Origin: Selaginella moellendorffii | Lineage: Eukaryota; Plantae; Lycopodiophyta | Length of the DNA: 64,000 bases | Direction: 5' to 3' | Assembly (NCBI RefSeq): GCF_000143415.4 | Contig: NW_003314277.1 | Span: 507,183 to 571,182 of the forward strand | The notes under the pieces: model-generated | What the model was told of the DNA's origin: nothing | The model's database searches: none | The model's input: only the letters and a program-made list of their open reading frames with translations | Shown here: one piece after another, positions 22,601 through 35,373 of the stretch | Numbering within the stretch: the stretch's first letter is position 1 | How the letters are laid out: the number at the start of each line of letters is the position of its first letter | Program-made: the position numbers and the translations under genes

Positions 22601-25300
22601 TCTCTCTTGGGAGATTAGGCTTCCAATCCAAGTGTGGGTGGTATTACCTACTTAGATACTTTATGTGGCTTAATGAAACCTTAGCCATATGACTAAGGCA
22701 CATTAGTGGTAAAGTTAGTGAGAGTACCCATAAAGCTTGCATTGGGTCATAATATTTCAAAATATTGTTTTGAAATTTTTTATTATGAAAAGGAAGAAAA
22801 ATGGTTTTCTTACTTAATAACTATTGTATGGATATGTGGTGTGAAAGTCCCAAATGTCATTAAAACTTAGTAGATAAGTCTTCAAGCTCTAATCTAGTAG
22901 TGGTGTTGGTGTTATTGATTGGAGAGGATTTGGTGGGGATCAAAAAAAGGATATTGAAGGTTTACGGGCTCTTTTCTTTTATATTTAAACTTCTATGGAT
23001 TGTCTTTAAAGTCATTCTTTTTGGTTATTTATAATCCACCCCACTTTCTACAAATTCACACCCTTGTGAACAAAAGTTGAGAGTTGCAACTTTCCCAAGA
23101 TCCCTTCTTTTTTGACATCTTACACCTCAAATTAAGCCTAGTTGGAAACAAATTAGACTTACCAGATGTCAATCTTAATATGTGGTATGATTCCCTTAGC
23201 AATAAATAGAATCGGACTTAAGACTTCTTTGATACCAAATGTAAATTTCTGAATTTGGACTTCTCGAGAGGTTATTCAGCTTAGTACTATTCAATTTCAA
23301 AGACATTTAACCTCAAGTATTCTAAAACCTTTAACCGATTAAAAAAAAGGTTGCACTCTTATTCATAAACATTTTCCTTCTATATTTAAACCTTTATGAA
23401 TTGTCTCTCAAATCGTTCTCTTTAGTTGCTTATACCATTAATTAGCTTTTCTTTTATATGCATACTATGAGTTACAACTTAAGAACTTTATTCCTCCTAA
23501 CTTCTAAATTATCTCATTTGATGAACTTGATAATTAATTTATAATTATGCATGGACTCCTCCATATTTGGTTTTATGAGCCTTCTCTTATGGAGTCAACT
23601 TTTTCAGAGAACATTACTTTAACTTGCCAATCTTACTTAATAGGTCATTTAGCTAGTGTAACATAGTTTTACATATAAGTATGTAAGTCATCAAATACTA
23701 ACTTCCATTCAAAATCATCATTTTGAATATGTGAAATTTACTTTTCTAATCTTGATAATTTTGCATTATAACAAACTTCAAAACCACACTTTTATTGTAT
23801 AACTTTGATTCTATATATGCCTATAAACCATTTGTACTCGGCTTCCTGGAGACTAATTTATTTAAGTACATTAAAGGGACTCTAGCTCTTAGCTTATTAA
23901 AGCCTTTCCCTTCACAAACTTTATGCTCTATCCAATCTAATATGATCATTTTTATACTTTAGATTCTTTATAGTGTCATATTTGCAAGTAACAAACCCTT
24001 AAGTTTATACTTGATTCCCCACTTCTAATTTGCATAACCACTCTTACTTATGTCCTTTGATTCCTATTGTTCAATTCTATTCATTTATTATTTACTCTTG
24101 GTCTATACATTCCTTTAGCTTATTTTTCTCTATGCTAGAAGGGCCTTGCATTTCTTACTCACCCTTTAATAAATATTTTTAGGGATAAATTTATTCTAGG
24201 AAGTGGTTTTTCAATTTGGATATACTCAACCTATAATTTCATATACCAAGATTAACATTATTACTTATGAACCTTTATATGCCCATTACTAGCCATATGA
24301 AAATCCTTTTGACCTTATTCATTTTGAATAGATAAAACTTCCCAATTTCTAGTTTTCTTTAATCTTTAGTTCATTGAGCATTATCTATTGCTCTTATAAT
24401 ACTAAACACCTTCTTAGTATTTTAGGTGTTTCTATGCTCTAATAATGGACTTTTTAGGAAATGGGTATTTCCTTCTACAATAATGACTTACTATATCATA
24501 ATAGAAATAGTTTATCCATTAAAGAATATATCCAACTTTTTTTTTTCTTAACACATAGTCTTGAGAAGTTAAATCCCATTATCTTTAATTAGTTGTCCTT
24601 ATAGTTATTTTGTCCTATAACTCATTATTAGTGATTCTACACCTTCATCCATATTTGGTCGAAGCACTTTATTTCTATACTTTATATTTTATGCTATGTC
24701 AACTTTGTTTCCTTTGGTAAGGATTTCATGAACTAACCATTTGGATTTATTCAAGATATCTTCCAATGAAATACTTGGTGTCTTTACATTATTAGCTTTG
24801 TAAGTTTATCTTTATGACACATACTATTTATATTCATATTGATTGCAAAAACTATATTTCACCATTTTTATACCAACTATTGATTAGCCTTTCACCATTG
24901 TATTGAAACACAATTCTTTATAAGAAGTTGTTTTCTTCAGTGAATGTTTTCACTAGGCCAATAATAAGATACCCTTTATTCTTATTCTTGAATTTTAGGA
25001 TTATTTCAACCTTTAACTGGGTACAATATATCTTGGTCGAAACTTTTTATGATAGATGGTATAAACAGTAAATTGATAATATTATAAACATTAAAAACAT
25101 ATTTCAAACATCTATATTTATACTTTTTAAACACAAACTTAATCTAAATAATAAACTTACAAATATACTAGATATCCAAGTTAATAAAGATCCAATAGTA
25201 AATATTGATACTAAGCTCCAAAAAACAGATTAGTCCTGCAGCAAATAGCTCATAACAGTCCATCCTTTAGATGATAATTGCGAGTAATAAAAAGAAGCAA
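19650..25300. mobile_element. AT-rich decayed retroelement sequence
   Basis: No credible ORFs. The minus strand reads TACA-TT-TGGTATCAAAG at 23243-23227, resembling an LTR end plus Met-tRNA PBS; a ~60 bp repeat at 22980 and 23381; short tandem repeats at 22190-22245. Confidence 0.35.
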
Positions 25301-25545
25301 AATGGTGGTAAGATTAATATAAAAGACAAAGATAAATGATTATTTAGATTGTATTTTTATATTTTAAAACAATACTCACCATTTTTTAAGTAAAAAGTGC
25401 CAGCTCCAAGCCAATCCATGTGGAGTTTTCACACAGCCCGCCTCTGGGTCAGATGATAGCGACGGTGAAGAAGAATCGATGCTACTTGCCTCCTTCTCTG
25501 CTAGAAGAAAACCCACTTCTTCTCCTCCTCCCTCAGACTCTCTCC

Positions 25546-26910
25546 ATGCCAATGGCCTCGCGCGATTCGATCTGGCCGGCGCCACGGACTATCCACGACG
25601 AGGATCGGCAGCGAATCATGGAGCTGGGGCTGCTGTGCAACGTCCCCATGGCGCTCACTGCCGCGATCCGGCTGGACGTGTTCCAGATCATTGCCAGCGC
25701 GGGATGCGACGCGATGCTCTCGGCGGCGGAGATCGTGGCGAGGATCCCCGGATGCCAGAGCCCGGCGTTGGGCGGCATTGTCTTGAATCGCATTCTAAGG
25801 GTTCTTGCGAGCAGGGGGATATTTCGCGAGGACGTCGAGCGCGATGATCCTGCCCCGGCGGCCATCCGGCGCTACGGCCTCACCAATCTCTGCCGCTTCC
25901 TCCTCAAGGACGATCGTGGCGCGTCACTGGCGCCGTGGATCTCCCTCAACCACGACGAGATCTTGATGCGGCCGTGGCAGTTCTTGGCCGATGCCGTGCT
26001 GAGCGGCGGGCAGACCAGTCCATTCTCGCTCGCGCACGGCGGCGAGCATTTCTTCCAGCTCGCGTCGCGCAGCGATCGGCTGGATCGCCTCTTCACGTCG
26101 GCAATGTGCGATCACTCGATGATCTTCCTGCCCGCGATCCTGGACGAGTACCGGGGATTCGCCAGTGCCGGCACGATCGTGGACGTCGGCGGGGGTGTCG
26201 GCGTCGCGCTGCGCGACATTCTGGCCGCGCATCCCAGCATCCAGCACGCGATTAACTTCGATCTTCCCCACGTTATAGCCCGAGCTCCAGAGCTCGCTGG
26301 TAAGTTCCCTTGATCTCGTTCTTCCTTTGCCTGGTAGAATATCTCGCTATGCTAGGAACTATCCTCCGCGATCTTAGAACTTTTGGGGAGATTTTATCCT
26401 CTTTGGCCTAAGAAGGAAAGTTTGTGTGTTCTACCTATAGGTGTGAAGCACGTCGCCGGGGACATGTTTGACGAGATCCCACAAGGAGATACGTTCTTGA
26501 TCAAAGTAAGAACGACTTCCTTGCTCTTTCGCTTTAGTCAGCCTGCGAGCTTTTCTTTCTTTTAGCTGGTTCTTCACGACTGGAGCGACGACGACTGCCT
26601 TAAGATCCTTGGGAACTGTCACAAATCGCTGGCCAGCCATGGCAAGCTCGTCATCGTGGATGCCGTGCTGCCCAGCGGCGTGGAATACGACTTGGGATCT
26701 CGTCACGTATTGGCCATGGATTTGCTGATGCTATCCTGCTGCCCGGGAGGCAAGGAGCGAAGCCTGCAAGATCTGGAGGCGCTCGCCAAGGCCGCCGGTT
26801 TTACTCCGCCGCGAGTGGTGCTCACTGTCGACTACTTGTCAGTGATTGAGCTGCACAAGCAGGAGAAAAAGAGCCACCACCCAAAACGTCAAACTTGTAC
26901 ACCGGCCTAG
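25546..26910 (+). CDS. COMT-like SAM-dependent O-methyltransferase
   Basis: Exons 25546-26299, 26441-26505, 26566-26910 with GT-AG introns; motifs VDVGGGVG, INFDLPHV, GDMF, LHDWSD, GGKERS. Confidence 0.93.
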
Positions 26911-27019
26911 GCCTAGACCTTTGTTGCGAAGAAAACTACAATGTTTAAGAAAACTACATTGTACATACATCTTAGATTTTCTACATACACTATAGAAGAA
27001 CTATAACTTAAATATAAAA

Positions 27020-27885
27020 AGTTGACGAGGTGAAAGGCGCAGGCCACCATTTCTTGACCTCGTGAACGTTTCATACACTCGGATGAGTTTTTTGGGATGG
27101 GTTTGAACTAGCTGTATTGCTCACTTTGCAAATTGATGCTCCTAGCGCAACGATTTAAAACCGTGGCCTGCCTCAAGTTACAAGTGAAGTGAAGAAAGCA
27201 AAACAAACCTAGGGGATAATCAAGCATTTCAAAGCAATTTCTTGCATCGAGCCTTGCGCATAGAATCGCTTCCACTGCAGCTGCCATGAATGGAATCTCC
27301 CACAGAGCATAAACAACAAATTGGTGCAAAAACCTTGGAGGCACGAGCGTGCAAAAGCATTTCAAGCTGCTCGATTGAGAGCTTATCAGAGTCCATGAAA
27401 CGGCCCATGTAAAGAAAGTTCACAAAGTGGGAGATTATCGCTTTGCCCAGAGCAATGTAGAAAACGCCATCTTTTGAAGGAACTTCGTCCAGCATCCTCC
27501 GTAACACGGAAGAGCGGCTCTTATATAAGGCAAGACACTAGAATCGATCAGATGAGTCCTTCAAACGAGATTCGAATTTGTTACCAACACAAAACTATGG
27601 CAATTGACGACTTCCCAACACATTCCGCCTGAAGTATATCCAGGAGGGTGGGCGGGGGTGGCGGAGGAATGACCCGTAGTGGTCCCTCATAATCAATGGC
27701 TGGTGTTGCCAAAGACTGAAAGGCTTTCTTCATGGCTGACCGTTCGAGGCGTGGGACTTGGTACATTAGTAAGGTATCAAAGAATGGACGTCGAGTTCCA
27801 CGAGTTTTTCTGAATTTCAGTAGACGATCTCGTCAGTAACAAGAAAACCAACACGTACCAATGTAGAAAAAATCTATAAATTGCT
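27020..27885 (-). pseudogene. Double-BTB gene, 5'-truncated tandem copy
   Basis: RSSVLRRMLDEV...SHFVNFLYMG and LWEIPFMAAAVEAILCARL parallel 27898-29100; frame disruptions. Confidence 0.65.
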
Positions 27886-27897
27886 GAAAATTCTATT

Positions 27898-29269
27898 CTA
27901 GTGCTTCGGGCTGCTGAACGTTTCGTACACTCGGAGGAGATTTTGCGGTTGACTTTGAACCAGCTGCACGTATTTCTCACTTTGCAAAAAGCCATAATGG
28001 TTGATGGTCCTGGCGCAGCGATTTAAAACCGTGGCCATTGTGGACTGCCACCAGAAATAAGGATGAAGTGAAGTGAACGAGAAAGCAAAGCAAACCTCTG
28101 AAAGGGGATAGTCAAGCATCTCAAAGCAATTGCTTGCATTGAGCCTTGCGCATAGAATCGTTTCCACTGCAGCTGTCATGAATGGAATCTCCCACAGAGC
28201 AGCTGCATTGGAAACAAGAAGTTGGCGCAAGAAACCCTGGAGCCACGACACTTACCAACGTGCAAGAGCCTTTCCAGCTTCTCGAGTGCGAACTTGTGTG
28301 AGTCCACGAAACGGCCCGTGTAAAGAAAGTTCACAAAGTGAGAGATTATCCCTTTGCCCATAGCAATGTAGAAAACGCCATCTTTTGGAGGAACTTCGTC
28401 CAGCATCCTCCGCAACACGGGAGAGCGGCTCTTCTGCAAGGCAAAACAATGGAATCAATCAGATAAAACGAGCTTCAAAGTTGTTACCAGCACAAAGCTA
28501 TGGCAATTGACGACTTCCCCGTCGATGTGATCACAATCTGGTGGCTGTGCGGTGGCCTGAAGCATAAGGTCTCCATCTTTCTTCTCGATCCAGGAAGTAA
28601 CAACGTCCGTGGCGACGGCGACGCCAGGTGGCGCAGGTGATCGGCAATAATCCATGGAGGGCTGTGTAAAAAACTCAAGAGATTTCTCCCACATCCGAAT
28701 TGTTAGCAGTGGGTAGTCGGTCTTAAACTTTGAATAGCCAGGCAGTGCAACGTTATGGTTCATCTCCCGAGCAGCTCGAAAAGTAATCTCGTTCATCAAG
28801 GCCTGATCATGGATGGATCAATCAAAGTGCTAGTTTTGTTTAGCATATGTACCTTCAGCTTGGACGCGTTAGCAAGCTTTAGAAGATCGAGCCAGTTCAA
28901 GCCATGAGTTCCCTTGAGTTGGTTCACTGCTGCCTGTTGGAGGCCTGGGATTTTGTATATCACTCCAGCGGAGAATATAGCTAACAGAGAATGCACGTCC
29001 AGTTCCACGAGTTTCTCTGAATTTCAATAGATGATGCTCGTCAGTAACAAGTAAACGCGACACTTACCAGTGTAGAAAAAATCTAGAAATTGCTGGAGCA
29101 CAGTGGCGGGCACCTCGAGTTGAATGGAGAAAGTATCATCAGTGAGATGCGCTGCAATCTGTGGAGAGCGGTCCACGAGCACGAGCTTGTGAGCGCGGCA
29201 GGATGTGTCTTTATCTTTCGAGAAGACAGCCACATCCGTGAAACGCGAGCGATCCTTCACGGAAAACAT
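27898..29269 (-). CDS. Tandem double-BTB/POZ protein, multi-exon, probably the intact copy
   Basis: BTB1 FTDVAV...CRAHKLVLVDRSP...FLDFFYTG; BTB2 GDLMLQ...NCHSFVL|SRSPVLRRML...FVNFLYTG; BACK-like NASNCFEML; short GT-AG introns. The start may lie further upstream. Confidence 0.7.
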
Positions 29270-29569
29270 GGAACCCTTAAATCATTGTCAATTGAAGGAA
29301 ATATTTGTCTTCACTAAGATCGAATATGCTAGAATACTTTTAAAACATTCGGAAGACCTCTCCATGAAGAAGAGCGATCGCTCCCCGACGAGCTTCCTGA
29401 TGGAGCTGGGCCAGGAGCCACGGACGAGCTTGTTGTGATTGGTGAAGATGAGCTTCAATCCATCGGGGGGATTCACCACCAAGGACGTCTCTTGATTGTC
29501 TCTTACAGATATGATATATATTTTGCAAATTCTAGAGTGTATTAATGAATATAATCTTAACGAGCAGTT

Positions 29570-30640
29570 TCTTGACCTAAGGTGCCTGCATGATGGGGTT
29601 TGAACCAGCTGCACTTTCATCATAACTGGCGAAGCATTTTACAACCATGCTCATTGTGGACTGCCTCAAGTATTATGCGCAAGGCTTGATGCAAGCAATT
29701 GTCTTGAGATGCTTGACTAGTTTTGCTTTCTCGTTCACTAGACTTCATTCTTAGAATCGCTTCCACTGCAGCTGCCATGAATAGAATCTCCCACAAGTAG
29801 CTGCAATGTGAACAACACTTTGGAGCAACAAACCTTGGAGCCACATACCTTAATATCGCACAAACATACCAGCGTGCAAGAGCATTTCAAGCTGCCCGAG
29901 TGCGAGCTTATGCGAGTCCACGAAACGGCCCCTGTAAAGGAAGTTCACGAAGTGGGAGATACACCCTTTGCCCAAGAAAACACCATCTTGTGGAGGAACT
30001 TCGTCCAGCATCCTACGCAACACGGGAGAGCGGCTCTTCTATAGGCAAGATAATAAAATCAATCAGATAAATCGTTCAAAACGAGCTTCAAAGTTACCAA
30101 CACAAAGCTATGGCAATTGACGACTTCCCCGTTGATGTGATCACACTCTGGCGCTCGAAGCATAAGGTCTCCATCTCTCTCCTCGATCCAGGAAGTAACA
30201 GAACGCTCAATGACAGTGGTGACGCCAGGATTGACCGCTAGTCGGCAAATTTCAGAGGATGGTGCAAAGAACTGAAGAGCTTTCTCCCATATCTGAATGG
30301 TGATAGTTGGTCTTAAATTTTAAATAGCCAGGCAGTTTAACAGTATTATTCATATCCTGAGTAGCTAGAGACTTCATCAAGGCATCTCAATCGAAGTGCT
30401 AGACTAATAGTATATGTACCGGCAACTTGGACGTGTTAGCAAGCTTTAGAAGATCGAACCATGAGTTTTCTTGAGTTGCTTCATGGCTGACTGTTTGAGG
30501 CGTAGGATTTTGTATATCACTCCAGCAGAGAAAGAACGGACGTCCAGTTCCAGAAGCACATCTGAATTTCAGCTCATGACCCTCACCACTGTAGAAAAAG
30601 TTTATAGATTCCAGGAGCACAAATGGAGGAAGTACCATAA
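29570..30640 (-). pseudogene. Double-BTB gene, degenerate tandem copy
   Basis: Same blocks (INFFYSG, NCHSFVL, SRSPVLRRMLDEVP, LWEILFMAAAVE) with deletions and frameshifts. Confidence 0.65.
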
Positions 30641-31300
30641 GTGAGTGATTCTTCTCCCACTGGTGAGGACATCCAAATAAGCACTCGCTCATCGCCGCCG
30701 AGGCCAATCCCAACACTTTCCTCCCAACCAATGCCAGCCTCTTCTCCTGGAACCTCATGCTCGCAGCCGAGCCGGGCATCTCCATCTCTTCGCGCAGCAG
30801 CTCCACGGCTTCAAGCACGACGTCTTTAACTTCGCCACCGCTTTCCAGAGTTGCCAGAGACTCGAGAGCTCTATGGTCTGTTCCACTCCAGCCGCGTCCA
30901 GCCCGACGAAGCCATCCACAACGTCCTCCACGTCTACGGCAAGCATGGCGGCCTGGAAGACTTCTAGTCCATGGAGCCTCATCTCTTCCACAGCCTCAAC
31001 TTGGAAGATATTGGCTTGGACAGCGCTGCGGTGGCCAGCGCTCTGGATTCCTGCTGCTCGCTCTCCCAGGGACGAGCAATCCACCAGTCCAGACCCCGGA
31101 TCCAATCGTAGAGACGGGGCTAAGTAGCTTGCGGGGAGATGTGGACGAGTATGATCAAGGCTCACTCGTCTGCCTGGTAGAGCCAAGATCCTCGCTGGGA
31201 TGGAGCAAGATCATGGAGTGATGCAGGAGCTGGATATGTGCGTGCGTGATCGATCTTCTCGCAAGAACTGGGAAGCTGGAAGCCCTTCTCCTCAAAATGC
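30640..31300 (-). pseudogene. Frameshifted GC-rich coding remnant, possibly RNase III-family (RNC1-like)
   Basis: Overlapping ORFs 30755-31186 and 30399-30818; RFQEKRLALVGRKVLGL resembles a degenerate RNase III signature (from memory, not searched). Confidence 0.3.
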
Positions 31301-31406
31301 GTCACCTTCACCACTGTCTTGAGCGCCTGTAGGCTCCATCAGGATCTCCGAGACGATGACGAACTCTTGACCGACCAGAGATCCCAAAACGTGGCGAGGA
31401 ATCCTG

Positions 31407-33362
31407 CTAGCTTCTTCTCGCTTGGCTCTGCTCGATGCAGATGTTTCGCAGTGAAACATAAGCTCCAGAGTCATCTCGCATCTGTCCGGCTGCTCGAGCA
31501 CCTCTGTGAACATCTCCGTGAGTGGTACACGAGCCAAGTAACGTCGTCCAAGCCACCGTATCAGCCTTACAAGGCATTCTCTTCATCACGAGCTCCGCGG
31601 CCTCCAAACATCCAGCTCTTCCCAGCAGATCGATCAGGCACATATAGTGGTCGATTGCTGGCTTCATGTCGCAAGCTTCCACCATTGTTCCAAACCACTC
31701 GGTCGCTTGATCGACGAGACCACCGTGGCTAAATGCTGATAAGACGCTTGTGATCGTCCTGTTGTCCGGCTCCAGTCCTTCTAGCTGCATCAGCCGGAAG
31801 AGTGTTGTGCTCTCTTCCCAGTCTCCATGCTGTGAGTAGCCGGAGATTATAGCACTCCACAGCACTACGTCGCCTTTGGCCTGGATAGCGTCGAAGAAGT
31901 CTCGAGCAGTTCGCAAGCTCCCACATGTCGCATACATATCGATGAGAGCAGTAGCTACGAGGCCGTCCAGTTCGAGCCCGCTGCCGGAGATGCTCGAGTG
32001 AATTGCCTTTCCTTGTGACAAGGCCGAGGACTTGTCGGAGCAAACGCTAAGCACCGATATCAGAGTGATAGGATCGGACTTCTCTCCTTCCAAGTCCATG
32101 GTTTGAAAGACTTGGAACGCTCTGTCTCCGTCACCATGTTGCGCATACGCCCCAAGCATCGACGTCCAAGCGCACCTATCCTTCCCTTCGATTCCCGCAA
32201 ACACAGCTCTCGCATCTTCCAAGTCACCACACTTCCCATACATGTTCACCAACGCACTTCCCACCGCAACGTCGGTTTCCAATCCCTGCTTCGCGATTTG
32301 CGAGTGAATACGCCTGCCTTCTTCCAGAGCTCCAAGGCTCGTGCACGTATCAATGACGCTTGTGTATCCAACTCTGTCCAGCTTCACTCTCTGCGCTCGC
32401 ATGATCTCCAAAACCTCCAAGGCGGCCCGACCCTGACCAGAATGGGAATAAGCAACGATCATCGCAGTCCAAGATATGACGTCCCTGTTCTCTATCCTGT
32501 CAAAAACCCGCCTTGCAGCCCCGAAGTTCCCATGCTTCCCATACATGTGAAGCAGTGCGTTACCGACGACGACGTGAGACTCGAGTCCACTTTCCATCAC
32601 ATTTCGATGAACGCTCGACCCCTCAGCGGCCAGTTTCGGATCCGAGCATGCGAAGATGACACTGCTGAACACAAACTCGTCGGGCTGCACACCTTGGAGC
32701 AGCATCTGCCGGTAGAGTTTCACTGCCTCCTCACACTGTGCCTTCTGAGAGTAGACAACCACGATGGCATTCCACGAAACCAAGTCCCGGACCTCCATAC
32801 CATCAAAAACCGCTCGAGCAGCTCTTGCATCCCCCGAACACCTCCCGTACATATTCAATAGAGCAGTGCAAGCCACCACGTCCGACTCAAATCCCCCCTC
32901 CACCATCCTGGCATGGATCTCCAGTCCCGCTGCCAGGCCCCTGGCACCACTACACGAATCCAGCACACCCAAGAAGGTGACCCTGCTCGGCTTCACACCC
33001 TCCAAGTCTATCCTCCGGAACACCTCCCAGGCGTCCCTGCTATGCCCATGCCGGGCATACGCCGCGATCATCAAGTTCCAGGAGAAAACGTTGCGGTCGA
33101 GGATGGCCTCAAACACCCTGCGTGCCTCGTCAACCTTGCCACACTTCCCATACATCTCGATGAGATAGTTCCCGATGTAAGTCTCTCGATCACGTCCACA
33201 CTGGATGATATGTGCATCAACACGTATCCCAAGCGTCAGTGATCTCGAGCTTCCACACTTCCTGAGGAGATCCGAGTAAACCGCAGAGTCGACCCACTTC
33301 TTCCTTTCCAGCCACACCACAGTATCGTCGAGCGGCTCTTGGTACGCTTTGGAGAATTGCAT
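31407..33362 (-). CDS. PLS-class PPR protein with truncated E domain
   Basis: Intronless; MYGKCG and VFSWNLMI repeats; ends MPCKADTVAWTTLLGSC...AYVSLRNI; first likely ATG at 33362. Confidence 0.9.
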   Translation of the reverse strand: MQFSKAYQEPLDDTVVWLERKKWVDSAVYSDLLRKCGSSRSLTLGIRVDAHIIQCGRDRETYIGNYLIEMYGKCGKVDEARRVFEAILDRNVFSWNLMIAAYARHGHSRDAWEVFRRIDLEGVKPSRVTFLGVLDSCSGARGLAAGLEIHARMVEGGFESDVVACTALLNMYGRCSGDARAARAVFDGMEVRDLVSWNAIVVVYSQKAQCEEAVKLYRQMLLQGVQPDEFVFSSVIFACSDPKLAAEGSSVHRNVMESGLESHVVVGNALLHMYGKHGNFGAARRVFDRIENRDVISWTAMIVAYSHSGQGRAALEVLEIMRAQRVKLDRVGYTSVIDTCTSLGALEEGRRIHSQIAKQGLETDVAVGSALVNMYGKCGDLEDARAVFAGIEGKDRCAWTSMLGAYAQHGDGDRAFQVFQTMDLEGEKSDPITLISVLSVCSDKSSALSQGKAIHSSISGSGLELDGLVATALIDMYATCGSLRTARDFFDAIQAKGDVVLWSAIISGYSQHGDWEESTTLFRLMQLEGLEPDNRTITSVLSAFSHGGLVDQATEWFGTMVEACDMKPAIDHYMCLIDLLGRAGCLEAAELVMKRMPCKADTVAWTTLLGSCTTHGDVHRGARAAGQMRDDSGAYVSLRNICIEQSQARRS

Positions 33363-33558
33363 CAAGGGAGACCCTTTATAAATCTGTATCATACAACGAC
33401 ACAGCAACCTTTGTCCTAGTGATCAGCACATTGAAATCTCACAAAATGGAAACTCAATGTGTACTGACCGGAGGTTTTCTCGTAGACAGGTCTTGGGCGA
33501 GCTTCCATCACTAAAGAGAGCCTTGAAACATCTTCACTGACGCCGCCGGTGGGTAGCG

Positions 33559-34995
33559 TCAGATCTTTTGCCGCACGCGCCTTCCCAATCCGTCGCCACC
33601 ATCTGCGACGTGCGTCCAGACGGTCCTGTTCTTTGTTCCAGCCTTGGCTTCTTCTTCTACTCCCGCGACCGTCTTGAGGAGCTCGGATTGTAATGACGGG
33701 CAGCTCTCACGCAGGTACTCAAAACCATCAGACTGCATCACCACTGTCAAAAAACAAAACAAACCAGCCTCCCGAGTTAGACAACACGCTACACATTGCA
33801 AAGCTTAACTGAGGCGCCAGACCTGCAAGGTTGGAAGCAGCGAACTTGAGGCAGACATTTTTGAGCTGAGATGCATGGTGTTGGTCTGCCAACGCAAGCG
33901 TAGTCGCCACTGTGTCAACAGTGATCTGTTCACAGAGCCTGGACTCGCACAAAAGTCTTAAACGATCCAGGCAAAACCTATCTGCCGCTGCGAGTAAATG
34001 CTGAGCCATCATCGTCGCGGTCGACTGTGACGAAGATCCTGTCATCTCGTTGGTATCGGGCAGACTGTCTTTATATATAAAGTGTAGCATGGCCTATCAA
34101 ACAAAGAGGACGAAAAGTTGCATGAGAAACAGTTAGTGTGTATAAAAGAAGCTCTTTACCTTGAAGACAGGTGGTTCCATGTCGTCGATTTCGATCACGT
34201 CACCATTCTCGTCCTTCATGGGTCCAAACAGCTGCGCTTTGAACACTGGGGATCTCGCAGCCAGTAACAACTTGTGAGCACTGAATGCCTCCCCTTTTAC
34301 GTTAAAGTTAACGTCCGTTCCTTCACCACTTTCCAACAAAGAAAGGAAATGTTGGCCAATATCGGATTCCGGAACTAACAAAGAGTGTTGCTTCAAGGCT
34401 TGCATGGAGGAAACTACGACGCCGACCGTGCAGGTGATTGAAAGACTGTCGTCTTTCAGAAAATCGGACGTCTCGAGCACGGCCCGTCTGAAGAAGCGCT
34501 TGTAACCCCTGCAAAGCCAAAACATTTTTTAGTCCTATGCAACTCAAGGAAGAAGAAAAAAAAAACTTACCACATACTGCCTCGATACTTCAGTGTGTAA
34601 GGACCACTCTCCAGCGAACGATCAAAGTGGCTGTGGATCTTATGCTTGTTCTTGCCGCTTTGATCCAGAAGCGTCAGCTCGAACAGCGCCCTCACATCCG
34701 TCCCTTCACTTGCCAGAGCTATGAACACCGACACGTAGAGCGAGTTGTCCTCGGTGTTCTTCCCATCCGGATAGAAGTAGATCGCCCACTGGTAGCCCCC
34801 AACCGTGAATGTGTCGCTCGCAATGTACTTCCCTACGCCCATCCCTTTGGCCAGGGAATAGCCATGGATCGTGAAATGGTGAGATCCATTCACAGTCTCT
34901 GTGATGCATCGAGATCGGGAAGGCGTTGCCGTGGATGTGGGACTCCCGACCACTTGCCCTGAATCGTCCTGCAAGACTACCGACGTCCGTGCCAT
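33559..34995 (-). CDS. BPM: MATH-BTB protein (CUL3 adaptor)
   Basis: [24 protein letters not shown]...[10 protein letters not shown]|GYKRFF; [28 protein letters not shown]; three short introns; C-terminal GRRVRQKI. Confidence 0.95.
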
Positions 34996-35373
34996 GGAAT
35001 GGCCTAGACGAGCATTCTAAGACCGACTTCCACGCCCTAAAAACCTCGAATCGCTCTGCTGGTCACGAATCAGCAAGAGAATCTACCACAGATCGAAAAT
35101 CTGCACCTGCGAAGGGCGGTGGGGACGAAGCAAGAGCCCCCGATCTGGACACCGCCATAGCCGTGGCACTCACGTTTGAAACAAAACCCTAGCGCTACAT
35201 TCTCTCTTGCTGGTGTTTATATATTCGAGCCGTGATGTGGCACGTCCAAGCCCGTTGATCGTCACGTTGGCCACACAAAGCATCGGACGGCTCGCTTCAC
35301 CTTCTAGTAAGCTTCAACGGTTGGATGGGGCGTTCCAGAGCTTTTAAATTTCTAGGGTTCTAGAGACGCGGCT

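Noticed and set aside
25546-26910. The syringyl-lignin COMT that is paired with an F5H P450
   Set aside because: No cytochrome P450 in the window and the upstream DNA is decayed TE-like sequence; substrate cannot be assigned
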